Made by a program: the position numbers and the translations under genes
Source: Owenia fusiformis
Taxonomy: Eukaryota
Reading direction: 5' to 3'
Length of the DNA stretch: 64,000 nt
NCBI GenBank assembly: GCA_903813345.2
Contig: CAIIXF020000001.1
Coordinates: forward strand, 11,036,001 to 11,100,000
In this document: piece after piece, positions 24,101 through 37,200 of the stretch
Layout: every line of letters begins with the position of its first letter
How positions within the stretch are numbered: the first letter of the stretch is position 1
The notes under the pieces: model-generated
Databases searched by the model: none
What the model saw: only the letters and a program-made list of their open reading frames with translations
What the model was told of the DNA's origin: nothing

Positions 24101-26881
24101 TTCAGTAGTCCAAATAGAGTAAGCATTTTCTTAAGAGTAAGCATGTTCTTTTATAATTGTTTATGTTCTTTGTGCCACCCAGCCTTCTATGTTGACTGTT
24201 GTTTTATGTATTGTGTTGTCTTTTGTTTGGTCTTTTAAATCCCTTCTTTCTATCATTGACAAAATAGTTTTGAATTTTATTGAAAAATGCATTGTATCTA
24301 TGAAAGGCTGAAATAAAATACATGTACATGACAATTCAATCTTCTATAAACTACTTGTGTAGATTGTGTGTATTGTATTTGCAGTATTGCATGTAAATAA
24401 AAATGAGAATAAATGTCCTCAGATGTTTCTTCATGTTTTTTTGTAGATTCCTAGTACTGCTACTGCTGACTCTCAGTCCATTGACACAGAATCAAGCCCT
24501 GGACCACAGATCCTGAATAATGAAGACATTCTGATTAGATACTGGAAAATAAATGTAAGAGCTTTTCGTATATTTAAAATCTGCAGACATGTATATATAT
24601 ATATATATACATATATGAGCCAGGCCACAGGAAAATGGGTCTTAGCACGGATTTTTTCAATGTTTTGAAATACCTTAGATGTATTGCAGGTGATCCACTT
24701 ACAAAGGTTTTACTGTTACAGAATAAAGGTAAACAATGAAGAAAGTAATGCTTATCTATTAATCTTGTTTCGTCATTATTTTCATTTTTACAATTCCAGA
24801 GTAGGTTGCGGGCCACATCATTAAGTCTTCAAAGATGGTTATCCAGCTGGGTAATGTTCATTATGATCTGGTCCATTAATTACATTATATTCTGGATCAG
24901 CCATGAGGCCACACTACTAGGCATCATTGAGTTTATCATTCCACTATTTCTCTTGCCATTAATTGCTTCAGCATTTGCTGAGGTCAACATGGAAGGGTCA
25001 AGAATGCTTAGGGTAAGTGAAAATTGTTAATTACATATATACTTAAATAATATACAATCATATGTATGTTTCTGCATTTAAACAAGAGTATGAGGAGATT
25101 GACAATAAATCTTACTTGTGTTCGGTAATGCATGGGAGTTCAAACTATATTTTATGCCATTGAACAAAGTGTTGAGAAGTAAAGTTAGGAATCGTGTGCA
25201 TCGGCTTCAATTAAGATTTAAATGTTCTCATACATGTATATTTGTATACACAACATCTCTTATAAAATTTGAAAGCAATTTACATTTCTTGGAAAACCAC
25301 CCTCCAAATGCAAGTCTCCACTCTCCAGGCACCATCCACTTAATTCCCAGAAGATGATGTCTTAAAACCTGCACTATACATAGATGTTATAAAAAATAAA
25401 CTTGATCGAAGAGAATGGAAAAAACAGAAATGTGAATATGACCCCAAGAAAATCTTTGTGACGATTCAAATGCTCTGACACTTCCTTTACCTGTTATTGC
25501 AGTGTATTTGTCCAACAGATGAGAGGATGGACTTGCTCTTTTATCTACTACAGCAACCTCTTGCAATAACTGTGAGTATGATCCTATGAACATTGGCCAG
25601 CTTTTGCCACAGGGGGATCACTTTTCAAAAATGTTAAGGTGACAATTGTGGCCCAAAATCACTTGATTGTATGATTTTGAAAGAATTTTTGGCCAAGGGG
25701 CAAGGGTTGTTTGAGCCCCTGGCCCTGGACCTGACCCCCCCCCCTCCCCTCTGACTATGGGCCTGAGTCCTGGATACACTCCTGGGATTGTTTTTAGAAT
25801 GTTAATGGTTTTTATCATACATAAATAGGTATCATATTGTCATCAGCCTTGTAGGCTTTCGGATATCAATTTTCTTGTCTGCTCATTTACAGACAAATCG
25901 CTTGACAAATTGATTTGAAAAAAAAGGGTACAATATTGTTCACTCTGTGTCTTGTTTTGGATTGTACGCAGGACAGGACCAAATCTATACACAGCTAGAC
26001 AATAAAGTATTATGGATTTTGGTGGTACTTCTGTATTAGCCCTTCTCGAAGGAATCTTGGGTTACTGAAAATTTAAGTCACAATTTACTTTTGATTAGCT
26101 CTATTAGCTAGTATCATAGTATGACTCATATAAAATCAAAATAATAATAATATTGTGCTATTGTGTGTTGTAAAAATTGTAATTATAACATCTAGTCAAT
26201 AATTATTATTCCCCATGCCAAGACAATTTGCTCATAATTAGTGCAAAATTATGAAGAACATGTCCAACTTGAAGTATCATTAAAGGGGCAACAACAACAA
26301 TTTTCTACCTGTAAATTTTACAGTTCTGTTATTACATGTAATTAAAGTGGCAGCAAAATTACTATCATCTAGTTTATCAAATTTTCTTACTTTATTTACA
26401 TGAAAAAACATGTGAAGATGAATGCAGTACGTTGGTGTGAATTATCGCTTATTAAAAGATATGTGTGACCTTTAAAATCTAGTTCTCAATAAATTCATGG
26501 TTTTTCATACGAAAAGTCCTTCAAAAAACCTTTTAAATGAAAATGTTTCACAGATCACATTTTGATAACGTTGGGTAAAGTTGGGTATTATAGTTATAAT
26601 GCATTAACATATAGGGCAAAGTCATTTGAACTTTACATGGGGCCTTTAATGCATAGAATGCCGCGAGGAAAACATTGTGAGGCTCAAATTTACAACAGAG
26701 CTCTAATGCTTTATGGCCTCCTATACCAACATAAGATAATATTTGCATTAACATAAATGATTACATATTTTTCCAGATCTTTGGCTACCCTTTAACCTAC
26801 TCATCCATTGTTACTGTTATCAGTGCCTTAGTTCTTGCTTTTACCTCAAGACTGATTCTGGATGAGTTTGCCAAGATTTAG
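21130..26881 (+). CDS. 7-TM membrane protein, gustatory receptor-like (GRL)/7TMIC superfamily candidate, ~632 aa, 9 exons
   Basis: Exons 21130-21371, 21729-22435, 22872-22979, 23358-23503, 23918-24118, 24447-24554, 24800-25012, 25503-25571, 26777-26881; all GT-AG and in frame to TAG. Layout is 4 TM, a long polar loop, then 3 TM; C-terminus QQPLAITIFGYPLTYSSIVTVISALVLAF. Confidence 0.8.
23701..23884. mobile_element. pogo/Tigger-like MITE in an intron
   Basis: AGTAAAACC...GATTTTACTG|TA ends with repeated internal GTGTTCACTA motifs. Confidence 0.55.
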
Positions 26882-27073
26882 TCAAGTACTGTTTGGAGAA
26901 ACTCATCATATTAAGCCACACATTTACAATCTGTGTCCCTTTGGATGATGCAACATAGAGGAATGCCATGAACATCAAAATGGGAGAAACAAGTTTGCCT
27001 GCTAGGTGCTTGGGGAAATTGGAACTGTAGGCTGTACTATGGGAGTCCTTTGCTAGAAAATAGTAGACATATA

Positions 27074-28115
27074 CGAGGGGTGATCAGGAATTTCTGGACC
27101 GTTGGCTCTATTTTTGTCATTTTTATTCTTTCTTAGTGATTTTTTCACACGATATAACTCAAATATATAGGATCACACCATGAAGATTTCATTCTTCTGT
27201 GAAATCATTATCTTTTTATTCTTGTTACCATGGTAACTGATGAAGCGACAAGGTGAAGCTCAGAAAAATACCAAATTTGAAAAATCAACAGTAGTTTTAT
27301 ATGCCACTTTTTGACACTGTTTTCATTGCTGAATATGTTACAAACATACTGAAATAGGTTGTATTATATCATTAAGTATATCCATTAATGTTGTAACTGT
27401 CATTATTCTTCCATCAATTCTAATCGTCCAAAGTAGTTACCAGCATTTTGTAAGCATTTGTTATCCCTTTTCACCCATTCCTGAAAGACGTGATACAGAC
27501 CATCTTTGCCGACAAAATGTAATTGTTTCCACCGTTTGTGGCCGTGTACCACCACGTATTCCACAGACTTAGCTCGTTATGATTTCTATCTTTTCCCAAC
27601 AGTGAAGACCAAATTATGAGGTATCCACTTTGAGGACAGTAATGAGATCATTCAGGAATTCACACACCAATGTTACAAAGTAGGCAAAGACGGTCTGTAT
27701 CTTTCAGGACTGGGTGAAAATGTATAACAAATGCTTACAAAGTACTGGTAACTACTTTGAAGGATTAGAATTGATAGAAGAATAATGACAGTTCCTAATA
27801 GACGAACATTAATGAATATACTTAATGAAATAACACAACCTATTCAGTATGTCACATATTCAGCAATGAATACAGTGTCCAAACATCATATAAAATTACT
27901 GTTGTTTTTCATTTGGTATTTTTTCTGAGCTCCACCTTGTCGCGCCACCAGTTACCATGGTAACAAAAATAATAGGATAATGATGTCATAGAACGATGAA
28001 ATCTTCATGATGTGATTCTATATATTTGGTTTATATTATGTGAAAAGATCAGTAAGAAAGGATAAAAAATGGCCAAAATAGAGTTAACGGTCCAAAAATT
28101 CCTGATCACCCCTCG
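27074..28115 (+). mobile_element. Mariner-derived foldback element with a transposase C-terminal remnant
   Basis: TA|CGAGGGGTGATCAGGAATTT...AAATTCCTGATCACCCCTCG|TA with inverted arms of several hundred bp; ~27555-27650 translates YSTDLARYDFYLFPTVKTKL*GIHF (YSPDLAP.D motif). Confidence 0.85.
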
Positions 28116-29301
28116 TATGTCATCAATACAGGTATTTTTCTGCAAATGGGTGCAAAATTCTAATTGTCACAATTGGTTAAATTGTTTTTTATTTGAAGTG
28201 GGTACAAACCTATATTCAAAATCCAATATAACTATAGTATTAGAGTGACATATTCACTTACTTCAATGTTAGAGATAACATCTTGTTGAACATGTATTTG
28301 AATAGTGCTAAACATGTTCTTCATACATTTAGTATGAAATTACAGTTATTATTAGTGTTGGTATTTTAGTACATATATTTTATTGTTATGTAGCGTTTTA
28401 GTTCAGCTTAAATAGAGTAGATAAAGGATCCACAAAGATACGTAACATACTCGCATATAATTTAATGAAGGTTGTGAATTGAAGAAGAATGTTTTTGTAT
28501 GTTTTGAATGTTCAGAATTGAACTATGTATTCTTCAGATATTTATTTTTAAATTAGCGGATTTATAATTTATACAGCTGTATGTATTAATACAGGGGATG
28601 AAATATTTGTATTTTAGTATACTTATTACATGTACTAGTATATATATATACACATACATGTATGATTTTATGTACGTTGTACGTACATGTACGTTTAGTC
28701 ATAACTGTGCAGTAAAAAGACCACAACTGAATGAGAGAGACACTACAAGGTATTCGACTAGCTAGCCTTGATCAAAAATAATTTGTTGGAGATTTCATTG
28801 TTTAATTTTTGACAATAAATTTTAAAATTGAAAATGGTCTCTCAGGTAGATTAAGCTTAAAGAATGTGTAATTAGCATTGCTTTAGATTGATATTATATT
28901 TGAAAGTATACTTCCAATAATATTGCTGGTTTTTATCCCTTATAAAGAAAATGGACTTTGTTAGAATTGAGATTATATTTGAATATGTAATTAAGCTCTT
29001 TTTTATTATCATTTTTATTGTAATACACACAAAAAATACCTAGAGTACAGTACTTGACATCCTCCTAAAAGAAAGAAGTATTCTGGATTTTGAAGCCCTT
29101 TGATCGGAGGGTGAGTACTTGAAAAAGCATTGCTTTAATGCTGGTTTTTAACATTTATAGAAAATGGACTTTGTCATGTCAGGTAGATTGAGATTATATT
29201 TATATGTACACTTAAAATGGCATTGTCAGCTTTATGATTTTCAATAAAATCGATATTACATGAAATACCAGTTTTACTTGTTCTTAAAACATTCTTTGCA
29301 A

Positions 29302-30082
29302 TTTTATGTCACCACCGACCCATAAAGTGGTGGCATATTGTTATGGTCTCCTTTTTTGTGGCGGTGGTTGGCAATTGGTGGGTGGCGGTTGGCGTCTGTA
29401 ACAGATATTCAATTTTTTTTCCGAATCATCTACAAGTTTTCAGAAGTTCAAATCTGACTTTGTATTTAAGATTTGACCTTTTCAAGGTCAAAGAGGTCTT
29501 TTTTCAACAATGTCATTGACCAATTTCTTTTTCAAAATCATCTACAAGTTCTCAAAAGTTCAAATCTGAAGACTGTAGATTTGACCTTCAATTTCAATGA
29601 CCTTGAGGTCAAAAAGGATTTGACCTTCTCAAGGTCAAAAAGGTCTTTTTTCAACTTGCTTCAAATTGACCAATTTTTTTTTCAAAATCATCTTCAAGTT
29701 CAAATCTGACTTTAGATTTAAGATTTGACCTTCAGTAAACTTCTCAATGTCAAAGAAAGGTCAAAAAGGTCTTTTTTCAACTTGCTTCAAATTGACCAAT
29801 TGACAAAATCATCTTCAAGTTCTCAAATGACCTTCTTGAGGTCAAAAAGGTCTTTTTTCAACTTGCTTCAAATTGACCAATTTTTTTCAAATCATCTAAG
29901 TTCAAATCTGACTTTAAACTTCACCTTCAATGACCTCCTCAGGGTCAAAAACTTGCTTCAAATTGACCAATTTATTTTCAAAATCACCTCGAGTTCTCAG
30001 AAATTCAAATCTGACTTGAGATTGAACTAATTACATTGTGAGCAACTTGGTGGTGACATTTTGTCATGTTAATGCCTTCTTT
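29302..30082 (+). mobile_element. Helentron-associated non-autonomous element (HINE-like) with internal tandem subrepeats
   Basis: 5' TTTT-ATGTCACCACC with a nearby partial inverted copy, a GGCGGT-like microrepeat, ~110-bp subrepeats, and a 3' subTIR GGTGGTGACAT (30049-30059); second copy at 6410-7162. Confidence 0.65.
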
Positions 30083-31216
30083 ATTTTGGAGTGGTTGCGA
30101 ATAAATGCAATTTTCTTTTAAATGCATTTCATTTGAGTAAAATGAAGTCATACTCAAGAGATCGCAGTTAACAAAAATTCCTGTTTCCTTGACCCTGTAC
30201 AGTTTACACATCGCCTGAATCTTGAGTAGCTTTAAAAAATATAGCAAAACTTTTGGATATTGTATTGGGGACAGAAAATAGAAGGAATAGATTGGTAGGT
30301 CAGTTGTACAGAACATGTGGCAATGTTACTTGTCATTTTGTCATCCCCTATAGATCTGATTCTGCCTTATAACATTTTCCCACCATAATCAAGCGTAATA
30401 TCAATATCAAACTTCATTTATTGGGATATTGGAATCCGACTTCAAAGATAATCAAATGCATTTTAGGACAAATCTCAACCATTCATTTGGCATGACATGG
30501 AGTGTGCAACTGGCAAAACTGAACAGCTACAATAAGTATGAAATGAAACCATTTTTCAGAATTCTTTCAGAGTACACCAACAATACACAATAGTAACAGA
30601 GATAACAACAGGATTTTTTCTCAAGTACACGTACGTGCAAAATTCTCATTCTCATAATTTAGGTCAAAATATGCCCAGGTTTCATGATTTTTTTATTTTC
30701 AAGTGGGTACAAATGGATTTTCAGGTGGGTGCAAGCCTATTTTCAAAATCTGAGGTGGGTGCTGCACCCACTTCCTTTAATGCTGGGGAGATCACTGAGT
30801 AATATCTGGGTCATGTTGATACCGGCCCAAAGAATGCAACATTGAGATGGAAATTAGAATTTATTGAAAGGACACAGACATTTATCACACAATCTCTAAT
30901 GCCATCAATTGGAAGAAAATAATCACTTCTTTTTTATCCTTCCTAATATAAGGGAGGTTAAGCTTGCAAAAAACACAAAAAATAAAAATGTGTAATATAT
31001 AGAGTGTGTTCCAGTTCTGAACTCGAAACACTGAAGCTAAGCATTCATTTACTGACTTCAGATACAAGCTTACTTCTTTCCATTCACATTGTGAAAAACA
31101 GTGCAAGCTTAACCTCTCTATTATAGAAAACTCCGTCCACTTTTTAGCAATTAACTAACATGTTGATATCCTCTTCATATAATCTTTATTGTGCAGGAGT
31201 GTCTATACAATATAAC

Positions 31217-34200
31217 TTAGATCATACGCCTAAGAAGGGCATTAATTTTGTCCTCTCTGCATCCAAAGTCACCACCAGCATTGAAGTGGTTGTTCTTCTT
31301 CCTCCAGCCACCAGTTGGGGTGTTTAGCTTAAAGTGCCATAGGAAGTTGGCAGCCTGCTTGAAGTTGGGTCCAACAGTGAAAACCTCATGGATCAAATCC
31401 TCAATACAGATGATTCCAAAGCGGCCTGGAAGGAGACATAAAGACATGAACTTGTTTTTAACTAAAAGGTTTCATTATTAGGGGTAGCCAGATACCTATA
31501 AATGACTGAGGATTAAGCTTGACAAAACAAATGTTATCTCTATATCAATTTAGAAACTGTAATTCCTCTGCGCTGTCAATCTCATGGCATCTTAACTGAT
31601 TCAATTTTGATTCAGTCACTGACACTAAGGATCAATAAATATTCAATGCTTATTTGACATTTACTCCTGAAGAAAGCTGCCAAAGATAAAATTGAGGGTA
31701 CTTCTACTAGACTTCTGGTAGCTATTTAGTATTACATTGTGTCTTAGTCCAGGTTATACGAGGGGTGACCATAAAGTTCTCATAATATCTCTCTAATTTC
31801 TTTATTTTTCAACACATTCTAACGAAATTTTCACAGAATGTGCAGCATAGAATGTTTAATTATTCCAGCAAAAAATATCAAGTATGACAAAAATATTAGA
31901 TAAGTAATGGCTGCCATAGTAAATGGAAACAAGGCACCCGGGGCATCAAAACATTTACAAAACATACCTAATTTTTTCTCAATGACTGCATTGTCTGTGA
32001 GTGCTACACGCCTGCCTTCAATCTTTCCATATCCTCTCTTGTAGATCAATTCTTTGATGCTCTTGAGATTGGGGTACCTTGTAATCAAAAAGTAGTGGGC
32101 TTAAGTTCAAAATCTCTAAAATGAAAGCTGGATATGGTATATGCGTATGACTACCAAATATTTATACATTCATTCTGATTTCCCCCTGCAACGTTTTTTA
32201 ATTTTATTCAAATTAACAGTGAATAAATTGATTGAAATAATGAAGTCAAACATTTGTTTTGAATCGAAAATGCTTTTAATTAATTCATGTTCCTTGTGGA
32301 CAGGTAAATTTCAATTTTCTATTTTGCATTCAAACACTACTGCTTCTTCCCAAGGACAGATGTTACTTAGAGGGACAATCTTGAAATTTTCAAACTCTTC
32401 CTGAGAAGTCGTTTTTATTATTTCACATATGCCTGGCACTGTAATCATTACAAAGACATCAAAAAACAACAAAAAACTTTAGTTTGAGAAAAAAAAGTGC
32501 CGTTTTAAGAATTTCAGAAGATTTTTTTCTAGGAGTAGCCCATGAAAAACCGCTGATTCAAAATATCTGAACATTTCAGAAAATATACTTCAAACATATA
32601 TCAAAAACGAAGGAGCAAAGGAAATTTGAAAAATTACCCGATAAAAAAATTGGGATCAAAATAAGGAAAAAAGTACACTTCTCAAATTGTTTTTTTCTAT
32701 TTTTTTTAATTTGTATGAGAGATTTCAAAATTCTAAAGCTCCTTCCATTTTGGGCTATATTAAAGGGATGTTTCAGAGAAATTAGAAAAAAATGTTCAGG
32801 GACCTTTGCCGTGCTACTCTTTTTGTCAATTTTTCTGTCACATTTTCAGAGGACTCAAATTCCCATTCCAAAATGTTTGCTGCTTCTATTTGCATTACCA
32901 CAGTGAGCCTGGTTATATAAATGATAAGTGGAACTAAAAAATTGAGAGAAAATCCAACCAAAAGACAGTTAATTTTGATGGTCAGATTATACTCAAATGC
33001 CATGTGCTTCCTGGTTTGGGCCATCTTTGATTTTTTGATTAAGTTATAAGTTACCTTAACATTTAAATCAATGGAAAAAGAAAAGAATTTTTTTTCAGAA
33101 AGGTGTTGGCTCAGACAAGTTTAAAGGAAATACAATTATATGACATGCGGTCTCCATGAATTGAAATATGCTATTGTGGAGATTAAAAACTTACCCCCAT
33201 GTAATGTAAGGTTCTGCCAAACGGAGCATGTTAATGGTTGCCTTGTTCAGCTTGATGAATACACCATTGTTGATTTGACGCAGACGGAACAATTGCATCA
33301 CTTTACGGGGCTTGGGGTGAATACCATTCACACTGAAAATTAATGGAATAAAAATTCAAATGATTGATTGAACATTTTAAAATTTACAATACATTAGGTT
33401 AGAGCTGGCATCGAATTGGATTTTAATGTCGACATGTCGGAGCTCTCGATTGACGACGATATTGACATTGTCGGGTCCAATGATATTCGAAAAATGAAAA
33501 AAATTTTGAAGAAAATCTGTCTGAATTTTAGATTTTCTAGGCTTGTAATTAGCAATACGATGCACAATAGTCATCCTCAGTTGTATGTTTTATATTTAAC
33601 TTACAGGTAAACCATGTTCAAGTATCAGACTTTGACGAAAAAGCAATAAATAGACATAAAACTACGATTTCTGTTGTTATTTCCAGGCAGCCATTGAAAA
33701 TAAATCTCGAGGATATCTCGAGAGGCCCCGAGACCTAATTCGAGAGCAGGAAGTCGATCAAAACAAAAAAGAAAATTTGAAAATATAGGCGGTAAAACTT
33801 CACTAAAATACACCATACAGCGGATAGTAACAGAGATTTTAATTCATAGGGAAATAGCTTATTATGTTGTGAGTTCTGACTGTCGATCAAGAGGCGTTGT
33901 GTCGACATGGGTGTCGCAGAGAGCATTCGACTGACAATCGACCATTCCGACATTTGATGCCAGCTCTACATTAGGTTCATAACAAAAAAAATCTCTAAAT
34001 CTCTAGTAGTAAGCTGTTTCTTGTATTAGTCGTAACAATACTGATAATATAATGTTTAAAGGTAATGTTGGTTTAATATATTACAAGATGTAATTTTTCA
34101 TCAAATACAAATCAAATATCACAGATATTTATGAAACATACCCTCGAGTCCTGATGACAAAAGCAAGTTTTGGCTCATCTGGGACATAGAAGTTGTTGTG

Positions 34201-37200
34201 TTTACGGGCTTCACGTGCCAGTCTGATCTCATCACGCTCCTTGATTCTGTATTCCTTGACATATTTCTCAGCACGCTTGAAGATCTCGCCCCTCTTTGCA
34301 CGTGCAGTCTTGAAAAACCAATATAGTCATTACAAAGACAAATTCCAAACTTTGCCTTACTCATAAATATATTATCAATAAAATTCCAACAGTTTTTATT
34401 TATACAGATGTTTACTGTATTAAAATGTTTGTATGTTCTTCGATGCTGTTCTTCGATGTTCCTTGTTCTTATTTTGATATTTATTTTTTATCATTTTCTT
34501 GGCATATACGGTCGTAGATATGATATGGAAAAAATTGTGGGAAACGCTTTCCTGGCCTGTCTGGGTATCCATGCCAACCAAAGTCACACAAATTATCAAT
34601 TTATTATTTTGCTCCAACATCAAAGTGTTAAATCTTACCTTATACATGTAAAACGCTTGATAATTGACGAAATATAATCAATTGAAGTATATTTTCATTA
34701 TCGCCCACCATGTTGCTAAATGTTCAGTCTGGGAAATAAGTATTTTTTGTGCCTGGACAGTCACTTTGAAACACTCCGGACAAATTTTTTTTTGACTGGT
34801 CAAAATTTTGAAATTTTGATAACACACTGGACATTTTTTTGTACTTGGTTAATGTAAACTAAAAATACATGGAAACAGGGGGGGGGGGGGGTATAAAATG
34901 ATTCTTAACCATTGAATTTTATATTTTGCATTGCTTCATTTGTCTACAACTTCTTCCTCAGAAGAATTCCAATTTATATTCTTTCATTTGATGTGTAAAA
35001 CAAAATTCATTGTCTCATGTCTCAGCAAAATCTATTTAGACAATTTTGTCCACACAGTTTGAAACAGTCTGGACAAATTTCTTTTCAGACTCGACATTTG
35101 TCTGTTGTCCGGTGCTTATTTCCCACACTGATGTTGTGTGCGGTAGTCTAAATGTAAACATGCATCGAAACGGAATCATAATTATTTATTACACAGAGAT
35201 TCAAAAGCCGTTCTTTCATACTACTCACTTTTCTCATTTCTAAAACAATAACTTTTCCCTGTTACTTCCATTCTTAATGACACTGCGTTTCTTCCATCTG
35301 AATCTTCGTGTAACAAATACTAAGATTTCGTTATGATATAGTTTTACATCTAGACGTTCAGATTAACCTGGAAAAGACCTTGGTATGAAAAATGAGAAAA
35401 TTTTAAAATTCAAGCAGCATGCTTATATTTCTTCAATTACCAAGGCCTTTTATGTGCCTAATGTAAGATTAAATTAATTTATCATTTGTGTGAATTTGGT
35501 TGGGTTGACAGGCCAGGTAAGCATTTCCCGCAATATAGAACCACCTAGTGTGTTTGACCATCGTATGAAAGAAAAAAGAAGAAAGAAATATCCAAATAAG
35601 AAAAATAACAATAAATAACAGCATACAACGGTTGGATTTATTTGACTATGGATTATGCAGAATTACCCAAATGCGAGTAGGTAGGTACCAGTTTCACCAC
35701 CAGGTGGCTGATTCAGGTCAATTAACATGGCAGGTATATGAGAAAGTTCCCTTAAACTTGAATATTATCAATTTAAGCCGCTCAATTTTCATATAACCCT
35801 TATGCGTCTGATACTTATACTAAAAAAAATATGTCCAGTAAAGCAAAATATTATCTGTTCACTAAAAGAAAAGATATTTCATTTTTTGTGATTTTATAGC
35901 ATGGGGTCTATGGGGAATCTCCTCGAGCTAGAAGTCACATTTTCAAAGAAAATTAATTTTTAAAAGTTGATAAACACTTTTTAAAACCACATTTCTAGAT
36001 GTAATTTTACATGTAGATTTCAAATATGATATTAGTTTGACTGAATTTTGAATTTTTAATGACGTAAATCAAGATTAATTTTAAAAGTTGATAAACACTT
36101 TTTAAAACCACATTTCTAGATGTAATTTTACATGTAGATTTCAAATATGATATTAGTTTGACTGAATTTTGAATTTTTAATGACGTAAATCAAGATTATT
36201 TCTACTCGCATCTGGGTTATTGTAATCACTGCCTGTTATCTTAACCTTCGAATCGACCCTTTAATTATACATTGTGACTATGCAGCAATGATACAGAAAC
36301 TGGATACATTGAATGTGTATTGCAATCATTCTGTAAAGCTGAAAAACTATTCTGTTTCAAAAGGGAAGTGCTCTTGTTCTACCAAAAAACAAGGACAATT
36401 GGGTTTTGAAATCTGCAAAACAAGTCTTTTAGCTTGAGGAAATTATTGAGATTCAACACTTTCGTCAGAGTATCACTATTCCAGTGTTCTCCCTAATTTT
36501 TCAAAAGTGAGTGGTGAAAAAGTTTGAATAAAAATTGATGGGTGGTGGCAAAATTATTAGGGTGGTGATAAGTTTACAAAAACGTGCTTAAAAAAATCGG
36601 TGCCACTTTGCGGCTTTACTTAATCACAATCATTTGAATCAACAGCCAATTGTTATAAATATGCTAAACATTTGTTTTGATCAAAACAAATGAAATTTAG
36701 CACTGTACAATCATCTACTTTAATGACAATAGGCCATGTTGCAATATAAATGCTCAGAGGTTTGTTTTAATTCAATGTTCAATTTAATATTTATTTCCAT
36801 AATATAATATAAAGTTCAATATACAAAATAATTTTCAGTATGTGGCCACATATTTCTTCAATATAATTCAACTATAACTAGACATGTAAATTGAACAAGT
36901 TCAATTTAAGACTCCAGATTTAAAACTTTTTTTAAGCTGAGTCATCCAAAATACTGTTAGCTGAGCCATTCAGAATAAACTGAGTCATCTAGAATACAGA
37001 CATTTAGACAACTCTTAAGTAGCTTATCTTCGTCTACATTGGCTTAACATGGGGATATCATAATATCGACTTTTCGAGACTTCAAACAGCTATAACTATC
37101 TAACCAGAATTTGGGTCGAAATTTGGTTTGCATATTCGAATTTCTGAGAAAATTCTTCGTTTGTGTCATAACTCATACATTAAATTTTGAAAACTTTTTG

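Noticed and set aside
29473-30030. Repetitive ORFs (RSKRSFFNLLQIDQ)
   Set aside because: Translations of HINE-like subrepeats with non-ATG starts.
32285-32405. Second H/ACA snoRNA in RPL7 intron 4 (hairpin followed by ACA on the minus strand)
   Set aside because: No ANANNA H box between the hairpins and poor pocket spacing.
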